Below, one piece after another: positions 19,821-30,812 of a DNA stretch of 54,763 nucleotides (positions are counted from its first letter, which is position 1; the number at the start of each line of letters is the position of its first letter). Source of the DNA: an uncultured Clostridium sp. (GTDB taxonomy: Bacteria; Bacillota; Clostridia; TANB77; CAG-508). The translations under genes and the position numbers were made by a program. The notes beneath the pieces are model-generated. The model saw nothing but the letters and a program-made list of their open reading frames with translations, had not been told where the DNA came from and ran no database searches. The stretch covers positions 1 through 54,763 of the forward strand of contig CAZUAJ010000004.1 of assembly GCA_964618105.1 (NCBI GenBank), read 5' to 3'.

Positions 19821-22655
19821 TTATGGTCTAATAATTGCTGTAAAAGTTAGGCTTCCGTTAACTACTTTGTTAGCATCTGTTACAGATTTATAAGGTCCAC
19901 TATGTCCTCTTGCAGAGTCTAGTATACGGAATTTGTATCCTTGTGCCTTTTCTTCGGCAGTTACTGGTATTATTGCTAATATATGTCCTTCTTCTCCACC
20001 TATTACTCCACATCCTTCTTCTAATGCTTGTATAACTTTTGCTTCTGATGGATAACTAACTTCTGAAGTTACTCCATAGTATTTGTTTAAAAAGTCATTA
20101 TTAAATATACAATGACTAGATCCCACTCCAGCTATATAGTAGCTTCCATCTGGCCAGTAATCTGCAATGTTTTCTACAACAGTCCATGGTGTTATTGATG
20201 GATCCTTTAATAGTCCTGCTAGTATCATTGCTAAACTTGTTGGTCCACAGCCAGAAGCTGGAATTGTGGATGTTCCATATACACCAGGAAAATCTTTTTG
20301 CAAGTAATGTGGAAATTCGTATACATCTGTTTTTACAGTAGTACCTGAAAATGCTGCATGTCTTTCATTTAATACATCATAATAGCCTGTTTGAAATAAT
20401 GTCCATTCTGATTTTCTTCTTGTTACAAGCCCTGACAACTCTTTTCCTTTAGAAGTTGTTGGCTTGCACATATATTGTTTATATAATGAATGTTCAAAAT
20501 TCCCGGTTGTTGCATCTGGATTAATTTCATATAAGTCATCAGTTTCAGCATTCCAATACTCATTATATGAATCAACAAAATTTCTTGCCGGACTTCCTCT
20601 TAATGTAGAAACAGCTCCTGCGACACCACAATTATAAGCTCTCGATACTAATGCATTTATTTGGTATTCTTTTAGATTTAATCCTGATACAAGTGCTTCT
20701 ACAGAATTTCTAGAATTTTTTAATATTTCATCCTCAATTGCATCTACAAAAGCAATTGGCACTTCTCCACCAATTTCTGTAGGGTATCCCGCATCTATAA
20801 ATTTTTGTTTATAACCACTATTTTCAATGTCAACACCATATCCAACTGTTGGGTGTCCTACACCATCATCTTCAATAATATAATTGTCTCCACTTGTAGG
20901 TGGACCACCTGCATTTTCCCAATAGCGAATATATCTTTTTAGCTGTGCTGAACTTCCACCTTTATTAATTGTTGTGAATTTTTCTATTTCAAACATTTTC
21001 CAATCAAGTTCTGTAACTCCATAGTCTTTTCCAGTATATTTGTACATAATATATCTCATAATTTGTTCTAGTGTTTGTAGTCTAGCATCTTTTTGTAATA
21101 ATCCAAATAACCACTCAGCACTTGTTACTAAGTTTGTTTTTGCTACTGCTTCATAATGATTTGTGTTTGGTATTTTAAAATAATCATCCATAAGCCCTAA
21201 AAAGGTTGTATTTTCATCTATTTTATAATTTGAAGGAACTCTTCTTTTTGAATCTACATTTTTTACTCCCTGATCTCCTTTTTCTCCTGTTTTGTCTATC
21301 ACATCAGTTCTTGTACTTTCTTTATATGTTACTGTTCTTGTAGATATTTCTGTAACTCTTTGTTTATCTGTTTTCCATGTTATTACTTCACCTTCTGGAA
21401 TTTCTTCATTTTCTGATGGTCCTTGCTCATCTTTTAAGCTTTTTTCATTATCTTTATTTAATATTGTAGGTACTTGTTCCTTCCATCCTGTATCATCTAT
21501 TACGTATTCAACTGTTTGTTCACAGAACCACGTTTTTACGTATGTTATTTGTGGTATAGGATTAGTCATACTTGTTTTTGTTGTAGTTTCTTCTTTCTTT
21601 TCTTTTTGTCTATTTACCGGAATTGTAATCTCGCTTCCTTGTATTTTTTGTATACGGCTTCCTTTTTGGTGTTCTATATAAGAATAGGTTTCTTTTTCAT
21701 TTATTTCATTAACATTATCAAATAATGTTATATTAATTTTACTATCTTTTACAAGTTCTGTAACAGCTGAAACAAATTCAGGATTTTGTACTATCATTGC
21801 TAGGTATATATAAAAGTTTATTGGAGTTGTATATTGTGATATTATATTTTTATAATTTATATGCTTTAAATTAACTGTAGTCGTTTCATCTATTTTTGAC
21901 CATGCTGGAATTACTAAATCTCCATTATCATCTATAGAAAAATATTTTTTTATTTTTTTTAGTTCACTTTCACTTACTGTTTTTCCATCATATTTACTCA
22001 TTCCGTCTGTTTTGTCTTCATTACTATAATTCATATATGTTAATAATGTTGAAACACCTTTTTCATCCATTCTGTATATATATACATTGCCATAGGTTTT
22101 TCCATTTTTTTCTCCTAAGTTTGCATAAGGAGTTTCCGTAGTAGCTTGTGCTTCATAAAATTTCTTTATATACTTTCTTAATGTTTCTTTATATTCTTCA
22201 CTCTCTTTGTCAAATGTGTTATAATCTATATCTCCCATCAGGTATAAATCATCCATATCAAAGCCCATGTCTTCTATTCCTTCAATAATCTTATCTATCT
22301 GATCATTGCTAATTGTAATACTTCCATCCCAATCTTTATTGTTTATAGTAAAGAAATTCAATATTCCATCAACTATTGCTTGTATTTCGGAACCAACTTT
22401 ATCAAAAATAGTAAACAAGAAACCAGCTATTGCTACAATAACAATTATAGGTATTAATACTGCTATTAATATAGTTTTTCTAACTTTTTTATTGCCTAAA
22501 AGTTTGAAACCATCCTTTACTGCACCTAATACATTACCTGTTGCTACATTTTTTCCTAAATTTGCTCCATCTTTTACTGCATTTTTTGTATCTTGAACAT
22601 CATTATTAATTTTTTCTCCTAAATTTTGATTATTATCGTTTTGTTCTTCATCCAT
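19821..22655 (-). CDS. Membrane-anchored peptidoglycan hydrolase (GH24-type lysozyme + C39-like Cys peptidase), VirB1-like
   Basis: WE...DDGVGHPTVGYG, ALVSRAYNCG and GLVTRRKSE lysozyme motifs; C-terminal YLQ...SGCGPTSLAM...GH...ILDS. Confidence 0.7.
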   Translation of the reverse strand: MDEEQNDNNQNLGEKINNDVQDTKNAVKDGANLGKNVATGNVLGAVKDGFKLLGNKKVRKTILIAVLIPIIVIVAIAGFLFTIFDKVGSEIQAIVDGILNFFTINNKDWDGSITISNDQIDKIIEGIEDMGFDMDDLYLMGDIDYNTFDKESEEYKETLRKYIKKFYEAQATTETPYANLGEKNGKTYGNVYIYRMDEKGVSTLLTYMNYSNEDKTDGMSKYDGKTVSESELKKIKKYFSIDDNGDLVIPAWSKIDETTTVNLKHINYKNIISQYTTPINFYIYLAMIVQNPEFVSAVTELVKDSKINITLFDNVNEINEKETYSYIEHQKGSRIQKIQGSEITIPVNRQKEKKEETTTKTSMTNPIPQITYVKTWFCEQTVEYVIDDTGWKEQVPTILNKDNEKSLKDEQGPSENEEIPEGEVITWKTDKQRVTEISTRTVTYKESTRTDVIDKTGEKGDQGVKNVDSKRRVPSNYKIDENTTFLGLMDDYFKIPNTNHYEAVAKTNLVTSAEWLFGLLQKDARLQTLEQIMRYIMYKYTGKDYGVTELDWKMFEIEKFTTINKGGSSAQLKRYIRYWENAGGPPTSGDNYIIEDDGVGHPTVGYGVDIENSGYKQKFIDAGYPTEIGGEVPIAFVDAIEDEILKNSRNSVEALVSGLNLKEYQINALVSRAYNCGVAGAVSTLRGSPARNFVDSYNEYWNAETDDLYEINPDATTGNFEHSLYKQYMCKPTTSKGKELSGLVTRRKSEWTLFQTGYYDVLNERHAAFSGTTVKTDVYEFPHYLQKDFPGVYGTSTIPASGCGPTSLAMILAGLLKDPSITPWTVVENIADYWPDGSYYIAGVGSSHCIFNNDFLNKYYGVTSEVSYPSEAKVIQALEEGCGVIGGEEGHILAIIPVTAEEKAQGYKFRILDSARGHSGPYKSVTDANKVVNGSLTFTAIIRP

Positions 22656-22667
22656 TTTTTCACCTTC

Positions 22668-23588
22668 CTATATCTCGACAATTATTTTTATTTTTTCTTT
22701 ACCCTCTGACTCTAATTTTATGTTTTCAAAATATATTTTTTCAATTTTTCTATATGTATCATATATTTTGTTAAATTTAATTTCTAAACTAATTTGTTGC
22801 CCTTTTTGTAAAGCTAAGTTATAGATAGGAATTTCATTTACAAAAGCATTATATTTTGTACCATTTTTGTCAGTTAAATATATATCAGAATTATTTTCGC
22901 CATCACTAATAGATATTATATTTTGAGTGTTGTTTTTTATTGTTAAATTATATATTTCATAACTTTTATAAATTTCTTTACTCTTTATGCTAATTTCTAT
23001 ATTGTTTTCTAATTTTGTTTTATTAATATTTTCTTTTTTTATAAAACTACTTATATTAATTTTTTCTTCATTTACTTCTTTTATTATTGTAATATAGTCT
23101 TCTGTATTATTTTTACTTATTCCACCTGTAGCTAATAAATTATCTTTGTAATATGTTATTTTATAGGTGTAAGCATTAGAAATTACGCCCACTACTTCTA
23201 GGCTATACGTTTTTTGAGTATCAAATACTTTATTATAATAGTTATTTCTAAATAAATTAACATCGTTTTTAAAGTTTTCTTTACAGTCACTTGATAATAA
23301 ATCGTATGCTTTTTGTATCTCTTGATTATTGCAATAATTAACAAATTTTTTTATTAAGTCAGTATTAATTTTCGTTTCCTTTTCTGATATTTTTTGCCCT
23401 GTTATTGCTGATATATTTGGTTTTGTTACATCTACCATTTTATTAATACTTGTATTATTTTTAGAATAATTATTATTTTCTAATAGGTTATCTATTACTG
23501 TTATTATAATAAAAATAAAGGCTATAATTGCAATTATTATTATTATTTTTTCTCTATTTTGATTCCAATACCTAATAATTTTATTCAT
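22668..23588 (-). CDS. Membrane-anchored hypothetical protein of the T4SS-like cluster
   Basis: 306 aa, N-terminal TM, AYDLLS-type helix like that in the 446-aa neighbour; GGAGG RBS. Confidence 0.55.
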   Translation of the reverse strand: MNKIIRYWNQNREKIIIIIAIIAFIFIIITVIDNLLENNNYSKNNTSINKMVDVTKPNISAITGQKISEKETKINTDLIKKFVNYCNNQEIQKAYDLLSSDCKENFKNDVNLFRNNYYNKVFDTQKTYSLEVVGVISNAYTYKITYYKDNLLATGGISKNNTEDYITIIKEVNEEKINISSFIKKENINKTKLENNIEISIKSKEIYKSYEIYNLTIKNNTQNIISISDGENNSDIYLTDKNGTKYNAFVNEIPIYNLALQKGQQISLEIKFNKIYDTYRKIEKIYFENIKLESEGKEKIKIIVEI

Positions 23589-23619
23589 TACAATTATAAC
23601 CTCCGTTTTAGTTATTTAA

Positions 23620-26133
23620 TTATGGCTTTTTATAATATTGCATTACATAATTCATCATTTGAGATGCATTATTTCTTGCTTCCGCATCACTTAAATCTGG
23701 GTTTGACTTTTTAATTCCTCTTTCAAATTCTTGCAATTTTCCTTCTACATATTTTTGATCTGATAACTTACCAGGTGTAATATCTTTGGCTATTTTTCCA
23801 ATTGTTTCAGACATTTCTCTTGCTTTTTCATTTGCTTGTTCTTCTGGTAAATTTCCTTGTAATTCTTTTCTCATTTTGTCTTCTAATTTCATTACCTTTT
23901 TAATATCACTTGTGTCTGTAAAGCCATCATTATAATGTGCAATTGCTCTATCTTCAAGCTCATTTAGTTCTTTTCCTTCAACTTTATTTCCTTCTTTATC
24001 TAAAAATGTTTCTTGTGCCCAGTTTCTAAGTTCTCCAGAATCACGTAATTCTTGAGTTTGTCTAGCCACATCTGCCGCATTTGTTGAGCCATGTATCGCT
24101 ATTCCAGCATCTGCAATTATGTTTCTACCTAATTGCGTATTTGCAATTTTTCTTCCCAATCCTGGCGCCATTGTGTATCCAAGTGCTGTTCCAACTGCTC
24201 CATATTTTAATACATCTTCTAAGTCATCTCCTGCTGCCCCTATTCCAACTCCAATTGCACCCACTGCTCCAGCAACAGCTGCTTTTCCAGCAAATTTTGC
24301 AGTTTTCTTAGCTGCATTTAAAGCTGTTCCTTTCCATCTTCCATTAGCAAATTTTGAAGACCACGTATTTTTTAAAGTTCTAGCTGTTCCAGTAAATGGT
24401 GCAGCTGCTAATCTGCCTGCTTTACTTAAAAGACTTCTATTTCTAGCTGAATTATTATTTGTTGAAGCCATTCTAATAGCATCTGCTTCAGCTTGTCTAT
24501 GTAGCTCATCAGATGTGCTTGAACCTGTTGTTCCTGTTCCACTATCATTTGATTGATAATTTTGTGGATTTAAATACATATCATTCCAATCATCTTCTCC
24601 TGCTCCTCTATATCCACTACCTGGATTTGAGTTTGCATTTTCATTTTCTTGCGTGTCAATATTTTGTTGTCCATTGTCTATTTGTATTTGTCTATCATTA
24701 CTGTTTGCAAATGCATCATAACCATCTGGCGAATTTTTATCTTCAACTGGCTTTGTCCTTACATTTCCATTGCCACCTTTTCCACCACTTCCAGCTTTTT
24801 TATCAATAAAGTGTCCAGCACCTTTTTTGAGCATATTCATTGCTGCTGCTCCACCAAACATAGCTCCAGCTTGACTTAGTGCTCCAGGTGTAGAGGCTTT
24901 ATCAAATCCGAAGAACTTTCTTAGCATTTTCTCAGCTGGTCCTATAAACGCTATTACCATAATTGCATAAATAGGATTAATTTTTACAATATTAATTGCT
25001 GAACCAACAAGTACAGAATATATAATTAAATGAAATGGTTGTATTAAAGCTGTAAATATATATTCTTTTAACCATGCATTAAATGCTTGTGCTTTACCAT
25101 CATTTAGTTTATCTATTGGGTATGTCATTGCAACTAATGGTGCAATTATTGTTAAAAACATCAATGTTACTAATCTTTTCATATATACCCATGTAAATTT
25201 TACTGTATATACGAGTAAGGCAACATAAAAAATTATATACGTTACTTGTGATGTAAAGTCATTATATTGTACCTGTAATCTTACAAGTCCCATTAAATTT
25301 GTATTAAACTCTGCTTCTGTTGTACCTCCATCCACTATACGAACAGGTATAGATGTTGTTGCATTTCCTAAGGAATCATTTAATGTTTCTACAAACGTTA
25401 TTGTAAATAACATTATATAATGCATAAAAAATATCAAGCACATTGCCACTAGCCAGTCAAAAAGTCTTTGTTTGTACTTTGCTCTATCATCAACAGAACT
25501 GCTAATTAAAATTCTAACTCCAGAATATACCAAAACAGATAATAATCCAATTATAGCTAAATTTCTTATTGCATTATACCATTTTGCTACAATATCACTT
25601 ATTTGGTATGATATTGATTTTTCTTGCATCTCAGTGTTTCCACCATAATCACTTGGAGTTATAAAATTTATATCCAATGCAGGTATATCTCCTGAAAATA
25701 TTTTATCTATAGAATATTGAATTGTTGGAATTACATATGTACTTTCTCCAAACATACCTGCCACAAGGTCTATAAGGTTTGCGGTAAATTTACCTTTGTC
25801 AATTTCTAATGCATTAGTTGTACTTGTATCAAATTGCATGTCTGGATATTTATTTTTTACATCATCTAGTGTATTGACATTTCCAAATATATTTGAAATT
25901 CCGCCTGCAGTAAAGTCAAAACTTCCATCATATAAAAAATATTGTAAAGCTGATAATACTACATCTCCAATACTTGTAACCAAATTGGAGATTGGATCAA
26001 ACAAAATACCACCCACATCAGCATATGAATGCATTGGACACATAAAATTTAATACTGTTACTATTATTAATGCTAGTATTATTTTTTTACATGTCCCTTT
26101 ATTAATGTATTTTTTCATGTTATACCCCTTCAT
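23620..26133 (-). CDS. VirB6/TrbL-like polytopic membrane protein
   Basis: Multiple TM segments with KRLVTLMFLTIIAPLVAMTYPID...AFNAWLKEY...QPFHL pattern, then a Gly/Ala-rich tail; follows VirB4. Confidence 0.7.
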   Translation of the reverse strand: MKGYNMKKYINKGTCKKIILALIIVTVLNFMCPMHSYADVGGILFDPISNLVTSIGDVVLSALQYFLYDGSFDFTAGGISNIFGNVNTLDDVKNKYPDMQFDTSTTNALEIDKGKFTANLIDLVAGMFGESTYVIPTIQYSIDKIFSGDIPALDINFITPSDYGGNTEMQEKSISYQISDIVAKWYNAIRNLAIIGLLSVLVYSGVRILISSSVDDRAKYKQRLFDWLVAMCLIFFMHYIMLFTITFVETLNDSLGNATTSIPVRIVDGGTTEAEFNTNLMGLVRLQVQYNDFTSQVTYIIFYVALLVYTVKFTWVYMKRLVTLMFLTIIAPLVAMTYPIDKLNDGKAQAFNAWLKEYIFTALIQPFHLIIYSVLVGSAINIVKINPIYAIMVIAFIGPAEKMLRKFFGFDKASTPGALSQAGAMFGGAAAMNMLKKGAGHFIDKKAGSGGKGGNGNVRTKPVEDKNSPDGYDAFANSNDRQIQIDNGQQNIDTQENENANSNPGSGYRGAGEDDWNDMYLNPQNYQSNDSGTGTTGSSTSDELHRQAEADAIRMASTNNNSARNRSLLSKAGRLAAAPFTGTARTLKNTWSSKFANGRWKGTALNAAKKTAKFAGKAAVAGAVGAIGVGIGAAGDDLEDVLKYGAVGTALGYTMAPGLGRKIANTQLGRNIIADAGIAIHGSTNAADVARQTQELRDSGELRNWAQETFLDKEGNKVEGKELNELEDRAIAHYNDGFTDTSDIKKVMKLEDKMRKELQGNLPEEQANEKAREMSETIGKIAKDITPGKLSDQKYVEGKLQEFERGIKKSNPDLSDAEARNNASQMMNYVMQYYKKP

Positions 26134-26296
26134 TTTAATTTACTGTTTTTATTATATCATATATTGTCGAAATATAAAATATCCATTTTAAAAAAATGAA
26201 GAATTTCCATTAAACATTTTTAAATGTAAATTTTCTTCATTTCTTTCTTTTTCTTGAAGTATATTGTATAATACTTTATTTTTATAAATATTATTT

Positions 26297-28285
26297 TTAA
26301 TAAATTTCTTGTCTTTTTTTATTACTTTTCATTTGTGCTAGTTTATTTAAGTTCGTTTCAACAAATTCAAATTCTTTCGCAGTAGGCTGTATTTGAATTA
26401 TTGCACTGTCTGCACCTACTTTTAGTAAGCCTTCTCCTTTAAAACAAGTAATTAAGAAGTTTGCTTCTCCTTCACTTAGTTTAAATACTTCTTTTAAATA
26501 TTGTATTTCTGATTTATCTTGTGCTAAAAATAGCTTTGTATCTGATGATGTTAATACTGCTTGTGCTTCTGGTTTCTCATAAAAGTCTTGGAACCTTTGG
26601 GAAATAATTGCTAAAGATACGTTTCTTTTTCTGGCACGTCTAGCCATTGTATTTAAGAAATCTACAGCCTCTGGGTATGGAAGTAACATCCATGCTTCAT
26701 CAACTAGCACCCTTTTCTTTGCTGCTTTTGTTCTATCTTCGCTATTTTTCTTAACATATTTTTCCCAAATCCATGCTAGCAATATTTGTTGTGCTAGTGG
26801 TCTTGCAAATCTTTCTTCTAGCTGTGATATATCTAAGTTTATAAATAATGTTCCATCTAGTAAATCAAATGTTGATTGTCCGTCAAAGTATGCCATTTGC
26901 CCATCATATTCTCTTATGTATTGTTTCATAACTTTTAGTAAATAGCTGTAATGGAAGTTATAATCTTGGTTTGTATTTTCTGTTGCTTTAGCTTGTATTC
27001 TTCTATACCATGAACCAATTGTTGGCATTTTTTTCTTTATTTTTCCCAACATATTTCCGGTTAATCCACCATCAGCAGCTTCATATAAACTGTTTGGATC
27101 TGAATTTATTCCTAATGCTGCATATTCTTCTGCAACAGATTCTGCAATAATTTGTTTTGTAAGTTCGTTTACTTCTTGGCTTCTTGTACTACCTCTTGCC
27201 ATTGTAAGCAAAGCTTGTGTAACGTCTTCTACTTTGTTTTCAACGTTAAGTACTAATCTATCTCTACCTGTAATTTCGTCTTTTATTATTTCTGTTTCAA
27301 TATCAAAAATATTTATAATTGTTTTAGATGTTGGTGAGAGTACTACATTTATTCCACCTAAGCTTTCTGCAACTATACTATATTCACCTTCGGCATCTAA
27401 CGCTAAACTTTGTATTCCCATTAATACTGCTGAACGAGAAATTAATGTTTTCATTGTAACTGATTTACCAGCACCAGATTTAGCAAATATAACCATATTA
27501 TAATTTGTTAATGAACCATGGAAATTATCAAATAAAATTGGTACTCCAGTTTGTTTATTTATTCCTAAAGGTATTCCTGAAGGATGTCCAACTTCTGATG
27601 TTGTAAATGGAAATACCGTTCCCATTGATCTACGGTCAAAAGTGTGTACTTTTTTTACTTTGTCATCCATTAGTGGAAGGTTTGACTTGAAAGCATCTTC
27701 CTGTATTGCCCAAGCACTTTTTATATTTACTAAAGATTTAGACATTTCTGTTGCTAATAATTTAGTGTATCTGTCTAAGTCTTCTAGGCTATATGCAAAT
27801 AGTGTTGCTACAACTGATGCTTCATAAAGTTTGTTGTAACCTGCTGCAATTTCATCTCTTAATTGTTCTGCTTCAAACCTTTTTTGTCCTAATGTACTTT
27901 CTCTGTTTATATTTCCTCTGTCTGCTGCAACAATTCTTTCAGTTTCTAGTTCATTTATAACTCTGTTTAATTCATTTTGTGATCTAGATTCTTGAATTGG
28001 GTTTATGTATATTGATGTATTTATATCTCCAAATAAGTACATGTCTCTAAATAGTTCTGGGAAGGTACACATTCTTGGTAAGCTTGATACAAAAAAGCTT
28101 CTAGCATATCTTGTAACATTTGAAATTATTTCTAAGTGGTCTATGTTACTTGCATCAATTCCTGATGGAGCTATTAATTCTTTTATGGTTTTCTTTTTAA
28201 GTATTTTAAATTCTTCTGGTTTTGTATAGTCATTTTGCCTTGTTTTTAAAAAATCTTCTTGTTGTTTTTTAGCTTTTTTACTCAT
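26297..28285 (-). CDS. virB4: VirB4-family conjugation/T4SS ATPase
   Basis: Walker A AKSGAGKS, LDAEGEY, Walker B LVDEAW, RRARKRN...ISQ motif. Confidence 0.85.
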   Translation of the reverse strand: MSKKAKKQQEDFLKTRQNDYTKPEEFKILKKKTIKELIAPSGIDASNIDHLEIISNVTRYARSFFVSSLPRMCTFPELFRDMYLFGDINTSIYINPIQESRSQNELNRVINELETERIVAADRGNINRESTLGQKRFEAEQLRDEIAAGYNKLYEASVVATLFAYSLEDLDRYTKLLATEMSKSLVNIKSAWAIQEDAFKSNLPLMDDKVKKVHTFDRRSMGTVFPFTTSEVGHPSGIPLGINKQTGVPILFDNFHGSLTNYNMVIFAKSGAGKSVTMKTLISRSAVLMGIQSLALDAEGEYSIVAESLGGINVVLSPTSKTIINIFDIETEIIKDEITGRDRLVLNVENKVEDVTQALLTMARGSTRSQEVNELTKQIIAESVAEEYAALGINSDPNSLYEAADGGLTGNMLGKIKKKMPTIGSWYRRIQAKATENTNQDYNFHYSYLLKVMKQYIREYDGQMAYFDGQSTFDLLDGTLFINLDISQLEERFARPLAQQILLAWIWEKYVKKNSEDRTKAAKKRVLVDEAWMLLPYPEAVDFLNTMARRARKRNVSLAIISQRFQDFYEKPEAQAVLTSSDTKLFLAQDKSEIQYLKEVFKLSEGEANFLITCFKGEGLLKVGADSAIIQIQPTAKEFEFVETNLNKLAQMKSNKKRQEIY

Positions 28286-29480
28286 TATCTTTTGTACCTC
28301 CTTCTTCTACTTGTTTTTTAGGTCTTCCTCTTCTTTTAGCTTTGTCTTGATTTACTTTTTCTATTGCACTTTCAGCAATATCTTTACCAACAATATTTTT
28401 ATTTTGCTCAATAATCATTTTGGCCATTTTATCAATTAAGTCTTCCATTGAATCTTGCTTTTTCTCTAATGCCTTTTGTTTGTCAGATTTTGCTTCTATT
28501 ACTTTTTGGTTTGCTTTATTAAATGCTTCTTTTTCTATTTGTTCATTTAATACTTTCATTTTTTTGTCAAGTACATCTGGCGCTGTAGAATACAATTCAT
28601 CATAACCTGCTTGAATTGCTTTATCTATTCCATATACTTCTGCGTCATCACGATTGTATGCTACATATAGTAAATCTGCTAATGAATTTGAGTCTAAAAT
28701 TTTGCCATTAACTCCACATACACCTAAAGTTCTAACAATTGACTGTGCTCTTGTGTATAATTCTGAAAATGCTAAACTTGTAATTTCTTTTTTGTCAAAA
28801 TTGTTTTCCCCTAGTTCATCTGCATAATATGGAATAACAACATAATATTTTTGATTTAATACATTTTTATTTAAGCTCATTTTTTCAGTTGTATAAATTA
28901 TGTCTTTACCGTATTCATATAAATTTGTAGCTTTAGTTAATTCAAAAAATGCAGCTTTCAATTCGTCTTCAGTATAATTATCTGAATTTACCATCTGCTG
29001 ATACTTTATTTTTTCTTTTTCTAATTCGTTTTCTATTTCTTGTACTTTTGTACGATATGTTTGTATACTATTTTCTAAGTTAATTGTTCTTGTTTGTGTA
29101 TATATTTGAATTGGATGTCTTAGTGTATTTAAAAATTGAATAAAACCTTCTTCAACTGCATTTTTTTCAACTTCTGACATAAGGTCATAATTTACCCCTT
29201 GACATTCAACAACCATTATATATTTAACTCCATTTTTTGTTATTATCATGTTGTCTTCAATTTTATCGAATTCCATAAAGTCAAATACTGATTCTGTATT
29301 GTATGATTTCGTACTTTTACTTTTTTTATCATCTACTCCGTTTATTTTTTCATTTTTTTGGTTATTGTCTTTTTTATTTTTAGATTTCATGTATAAGATT
29401 CCAAGAATTAGTAATAACATTACCATTATTCCTAAAACAACAACTAATATCATTGTAATTGTATTTATACTATTCATCAT
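28278..29480 (-). CDS. Membrane-anchored coiled-coil protein between PrgI and VirB4
   Basis: AAGGAGG RBS before ATG 29480/29477; N-terminal TM; overlaps both neighbours, suggesting translational coupling. Confidence 0.6.
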   Translation of the reverse strand: MMNSINTITMILVVVLGIMVMLLLILGILYMKSKNKKDNNQKNEKINGVDDKKSKSTKSYNTESVFDFMEFDKIEDNMIITKNGVKYIMVVECQGVNYDLMSEVEKNAVEEGFIQFLNTLRHPIQIYTQTRTINLENSIQTYRTKVQEIENELEKEKIKYQQMVNSDNYTEDELKAAFFELTKATNLYEYGKDIIYTTEKMSLNKNVLNQKYYVVIPYYADELGENNFDKKEITSLAFSELYTRAQSIVRTLGVCGVNGKILDSNSLADLLYVAYNRDDAEVYGIDKAIQAGYDELYSTAPDVLDKKMKVLNEQIEKEAFNKANQKVIEAKSDKQKALEKKQDSMEDLIDKMAKMIIEQNKNIVGKDIAESAIEKVNQDKAKRRGRPKKQVEEGGTKDNE

Positions 29481-29814
29481 TATTGTCCTCCTTATACACA
29501 TATATTTTTCTACCTTTTGTATTAAAAAGTATTGCTCTTTTTATAACATCATCAACTGCTTCTCCACCTGTTTTTTTGCTAAATTCAAATTTCGCTATTT
29601 CTGGAACTTTTAGTGTTCCTATACCGAAACCAAGTAAAGCAAATATTGCTACAATTACAATTCCAACCATTGTTAAATTAAGTATTTTAAATATAAAGTA
29701 AAATAGTAGGCCAATTCCAGCTGCTATAACAGTGTATATTAGGCTTTTTGTACTGAATATAAATAGTATTCTATTTTCGCCTTTTACATTTCTGGGTAAA
29801 TTGTAGGTTCCCAT
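29470..29814 (-). CDS. PrgI-family (VirB3-like) membrane protein
   Basis: 114 aa, YNLPRNVKGENRIL start, two TM segments, upstream of VirB4. Confidence 0.7.
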   Translation of the reverse strand: MGTYNLPRNVKGENRILFIFSTKSLIYTVIAAGIGLLFYFIFKILNLTMVGIVIVAIFALLGFGIGTLKVPEIAKFEFSKKTGGEAVDDVIKRAILFNTKGRKIYVYKEDNNDE

Positions 29815-29931
29815 TATGTTTCCTCCTTCGTTTGTATATATATTTTAACTCAATATATATTATAGCAAATATACTCGAAAAATGTAACTATAAAATGAAA
29901 AAAAGTGCATAAAAATGCACTTTTAATACAA

Positions 29932-29975
29932 TTGTAATATTTTTGTAATGTTTTTGTAATGTTTTTGTAATATTT
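29932..29975. repeat. Four tandem 11-bp repeats TTGTAAT(A/G)TTT (TGTAAT-N5 boxes)
   Basis: Units start at 29932, 29943, 29954 and 29965. Confidence 0.85.
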
Positions 29976-29976
29976 A

Positions 29977-30351
29977 CTAGCCACCAATTCCTGAAGCTAA
30001 ACCTACAACTACCTTTGTAATTGCAGATGCGCCAAATATTAGTATAGCACCAACTAAATAAGGAATCATTGTTTTTTTGTATTCTGCTTTTTCTGAAGCA
30101 CTGCCCATCATGTATTTAATACCTAATACTAATAATATAACAACAGCAACAACAACACCTACAGTTGTAATGATACCAATTATTTGGTTTCCTATATTCA
30201 TAACATCACTTTGAGCATTACTTGTAGTTCCTGTTAATTGACCTGCTAAATTTGATGCATCTATTCCATTTGCACTACTAATTGTAGATGTAAGAACTAA
30301 TAGCATAATTGCCATCAATATAATTCCTGTTATTTTTAGAGTCTTTTTCAT
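29977..30351 (-). CDS. TrbC/VirB2-like pilin
   Basis: Signal peptide, two hydrophobic helices around GIKYMMGSASEKAEYKKTMIPYLVGA. Confidence 0.75.
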   Translation of the reverse strand: MKKTLKITGIILMAIMLLVLTSTISSANGIDASNLAGQLTGTTSNAQSDVMNIGNQIIGIITTVGVVVAVVILLVLGIKYMMGSASEKAEYKKTMIPYLVGAILIFGASAITKVVVGLASGIGG

Positions 30352-30420
30352 AGTTCATCCTCCTTTTTATTTATTATTTATTATAAATGTTTCATATATT
30401 GAAACAATTTTAAAATCATT

Positions 30421-30795
30421 TTATCTTAGTAATGTTATTACTAATTTCCATATTCCAAATGCACCAAATATTACTACACATCCTACAACAAACGGAATTA
30501 ATGAATCTTTCACTTTTGCTTTTTGTTCTACACTACCTGTTATAAATTGTATTCCAAGTATTGCTCCCACAATAACTGCTCCAGATGTTCCAACTATTAA
30601 TAGTGTATTGTATACCAAATTTGAAGCTTCTTTCATTTTTTGTGAATCAATCGCGTCATTTGCATTAGTTTTTCCTTCATTTACAAAATTATCTGCACTA
30701 CTTATTATATTGTCACATGCTTTTACTTTAGATACATTTGTAAAACCAATAGTTGCAATAATTACTATAAAAATTAAAAATATTTTTTTAACCAT
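30421..30795 (-). CDS. TrbC/VirB2-like pilin
   Basis: GIQFITGSVEQKAKVKDSLIPFVVG; paralogous to both neighbours. Confidence 0.7.
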   Translation of the reverse strand: MVKKIFLIFIVIIATIGFTNVSKVKACDNIISSADNFVNEGKTNANDAIDSQKMKEASNLVYNTLLIVGTSGAVIVGAILGIQFITGSVEQKAKVKDSLIPFVVGCVVIFGAFGIWKLVITLLR

Positions 30796-30812
30796 AACTT
30801 ATTCCTTTTTTA

